Assembly (NCBI RefSeq): GCF_964355755.1 | Contig: NC_092671.1 | Location: forward strand, 15,810,001 to 15,874,000 | Reading direction: 5' to 3' | DNA: 64,000 bases | Source: Antedon mediterranea | Lineage: Eukaryota > Animalia > Echinodermata | In this document: positions 61,654 to 64,000 of the stretch, piece by piece | Layout of the letters: every line of letters begins with the position of its first letter | How positions within the stretch are numbered: the stretch's first letter is position 1 | Notes under the pieces: model-generated | Seen by the model: the letters and a program-made list of their open reading frames with translations, nothing else | Databases searched by the model: none | Told to the model about the DNA's origin: nothing | Position numbers and translations under genes: made by a program

Positions 61654-64000
61654 CTAATCATTTCCGTTGACTTCTAGAAGTATGATCTTAGTGATTGATC
61701 TTACTAGAGTTCCAACCGACGTTTTCAATCTCACAGAACGCACCATTCCATCTGAATCATTCTGGAGCACTTCTATCACTCGAGCAAGCGGCCACGAGCA
61801 TCGTGGAACCGATGGGTCATGAACCAAAACACAATGTCGCCATTCGCAACATTCTGCTGTTTCTTACACATCTGACGCCTTTGTTATTGGTCTCCCATTC
61901 ACTATCGTTTCGACTTCACAGAAAAGCGTCTGCAATGTTTCATCGTTGATTGTTTGTTCTTCCATCAGCGAGCTGAGCACCTTGCGTACCGTGCGAATGC
62001 ATCTTTCCCAAACCCCGCCTTGATGGGAAGCTGCCGGAGGATTGAATTTCCATTTCACGTGATTCTCCTAGAGGTACTGGTGTATCTGTCCTTGATTCCA
62101 ATCATTAATGGCCGACCAAAGCTCCATAACAAAATTTCTTCCATTGTCAGACCGGATATGCTTCGGTACGCCTCTCCTAACGAAACGTCGATAAGCATTT
62201 AAGAATGAGTTTGTGTCCAATGATGATGCGACTTCCAGATGCACTGCTCTGATTGATAAGCAGGTAAAAATCACTCCATATCTTTTCAGTACTGATCTAG
62301 CATTTTTAACCTTAAATGGTCCAAAGCAATCAATCCCCACAAAGGTAAAAGGCGGGTGGGCTGGTGTAACTCTCTCAGCTGGCAGATCAGCCATTTTCTG
62401 ATGTGCTGTCGGAGCATTTCTTCTTCTGCATTGAACGCATTTCCTACTGATCCCTTTGATCATTGTTCGTCCTCCTACTGGCCAGTAAATTTGCCTCAGC
62501 TCAGATAGAACATGATTCACGCCTGAGTGCCCAGTACAGTTGTGGTAGTGTCTTAAGATGAGTATAGTCAGATCACTGGACTTTGGTAGTATGATTTGAT
62601 GTTTCAGATCTTCACTAACATTGGCCATACTCAGTCGACCTCCAACCTTCAATACACCATTTTCTAATTTCGGGTCCAACTTAATTAGTGGACTAGTTGA
62701 CTTTATTGTCTTGCCTGTCTCTAAGCTTCTGAATTCCTCAGAATACGAACGCTTCTGGGCACGTCTGATGAGTACCAGTTCTGCCTCCTTCAGTTCATCT
62801 ACTGAGAGAGGTTCCACTCACTCAGTGTCTTCCAACTTGAAAACTGTGAAGTTACGTTAGTTTATCCAGAGTGGTGTTGATTTCTGCCACAACTAACGCT
62901 GTTACGGCCTTCACTTCAGGGTCATTCATTCTGAGGGCGAGATCGTCTGACATCTCTGGCCACTAGGAATCATTTTGTGTGCGAAAATTTTGAACCGCAA
63001 TACCACATTTCACTCATCATCATTTCCTCTGCCGTCATCCCACGGGAAGCTAGGTCGGCCGAATTTTCAGCTGAATTCACGAACCTCCATTGGTCCTTGT
63101 TCGTCCTACTTAGGATTGCCGAAACTCGATTTCCCACGTATGTTTTGAACCTGGTTTTGTCGTTGCTCAGATATCTGAGCACACATGTGCTGTCGGTCCA
63201 GCACACGGACTGGTCAATTTTAATTTCCTTAAGCTCTTCTCTTATCATTGTGTCCAAGCGTGCTGATAACAGTGCAGCCTTCAACTCCAGTCTGGGAATT
63301 GTTTGAGCTTTAAGAGGAGCCAATCTGGACTTTGCTGCAACAAGGGTGCGGTTTACGTTGCCAGATTCATCCTTCTGGTAGAGATATGATGCTGCTCCGT
63401 AACTTGTGGATGACGCATCTCCTAAGCTATGCAGTTCACGACGTACTACGGTCCCAAACTCTGCAGATTTGTAGCATCGTTGAATTCGAATAGTCTCCAA
63501 CTTCTTCAGATCGGATAGCCACTGTTGCCATCTAGTCTTATATTCAATTGAGATTGTTGAATCCCAATCATAACCAAGTCGACAGAGCTCCTGCATCAAT
63601 AACTTTGCCTTGAGGATAAACGGTGATACCAGCCCTAACGGGTCAAATACAGACGAAACAACTGACAGGATACCCCTTCGAGTCGCAGGCTTTGTTGTTG
63701 GAGATATGGTATATCCCAAGCTATCTTCACTGACAAACCAGCGAACACCCAAGGCACGTTGCTGGTCTCCACCACATAAGGAAACTGAGTTTGGATCTTC
63801 CTTATCTCTCAGCGTGCTCACTAGTTTACTCGAGTTTGAAACCCATTTCGTCAGGTTGAAGCCTCCTCTTGCCAGCAACTGTTTTACTTGAATGGCTATA
63901 TCAATAGCACATTGTTCGTCGTCTGTCGCATATAGAAGACCGTCAACATAAAAATGCCTATCTGCTATCTGCGTGATTATTGGATCGTAGTCCTTTCCAT
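61654..64000 (-). mobile_element. BEL/Pao LTR retrotransposon pol (RT end, RNase H, integrase), with stops and frameshifts, cut by window edge
   Basis: GGFNLTKW, FDPLG, DAS..YGA, SRLAPLK..TIPRLEL, PF...GIDCFGP, RAVHLE, SDNG, GGVWER. Confidence 0.93.

Overview
Animal (invertebrate, plausibly echinoderm; host not certain) genomic DNA. About 1-51.5 kb is a scrambled, tandemly amplified, degenerate 45S rDNA locus rather than a functional rDNA array. No 28S copy is complete, and the 18S/28S copies share lesions. The locus is interleaved with pieces of one clade-A R2 non-LTR retrotransposon (3 zinc fingers, Myb, RT, CCHC knuckle, RLE endonuclease). The left array (1-40.6 kb, rRNA on the minus strand) repeats an approx. 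10.9-kb composite unit. In that unit, a 2.9-kb R2 ORF fragment lies ANTISENSE to rDNA transcription behind spacer repeats, and a putative R2 3' end at the exact R2 28S site carries a hAT-type MITE. A 42-bp copy of the upstream half of the R2 target site sits ectopically in the spacer. Around 40.6-44.2 kb are the R2 5' end with an HDV/CPEB3-like ribozyme core, (GGCTAGTAC)n tracts at breakpoints, and an inversion point. Next come a plus-strand promoter-28S-R2 fusion and an 18S fragment fused to a Gypsy integrase relic. The AT-rich right end (52-64 kb) holds Academ-like, Kolobok-like and Helentron-like DNA elements. It also has a small spliced gene for a secreted Cys-rich/EGF-like protein missed by the ORF track, a broken paralog of that gene, and a BEL/Pao LTR retrotransposon inserted in its intron. 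Most ORF-track entries are rRNA shadow ORFs.
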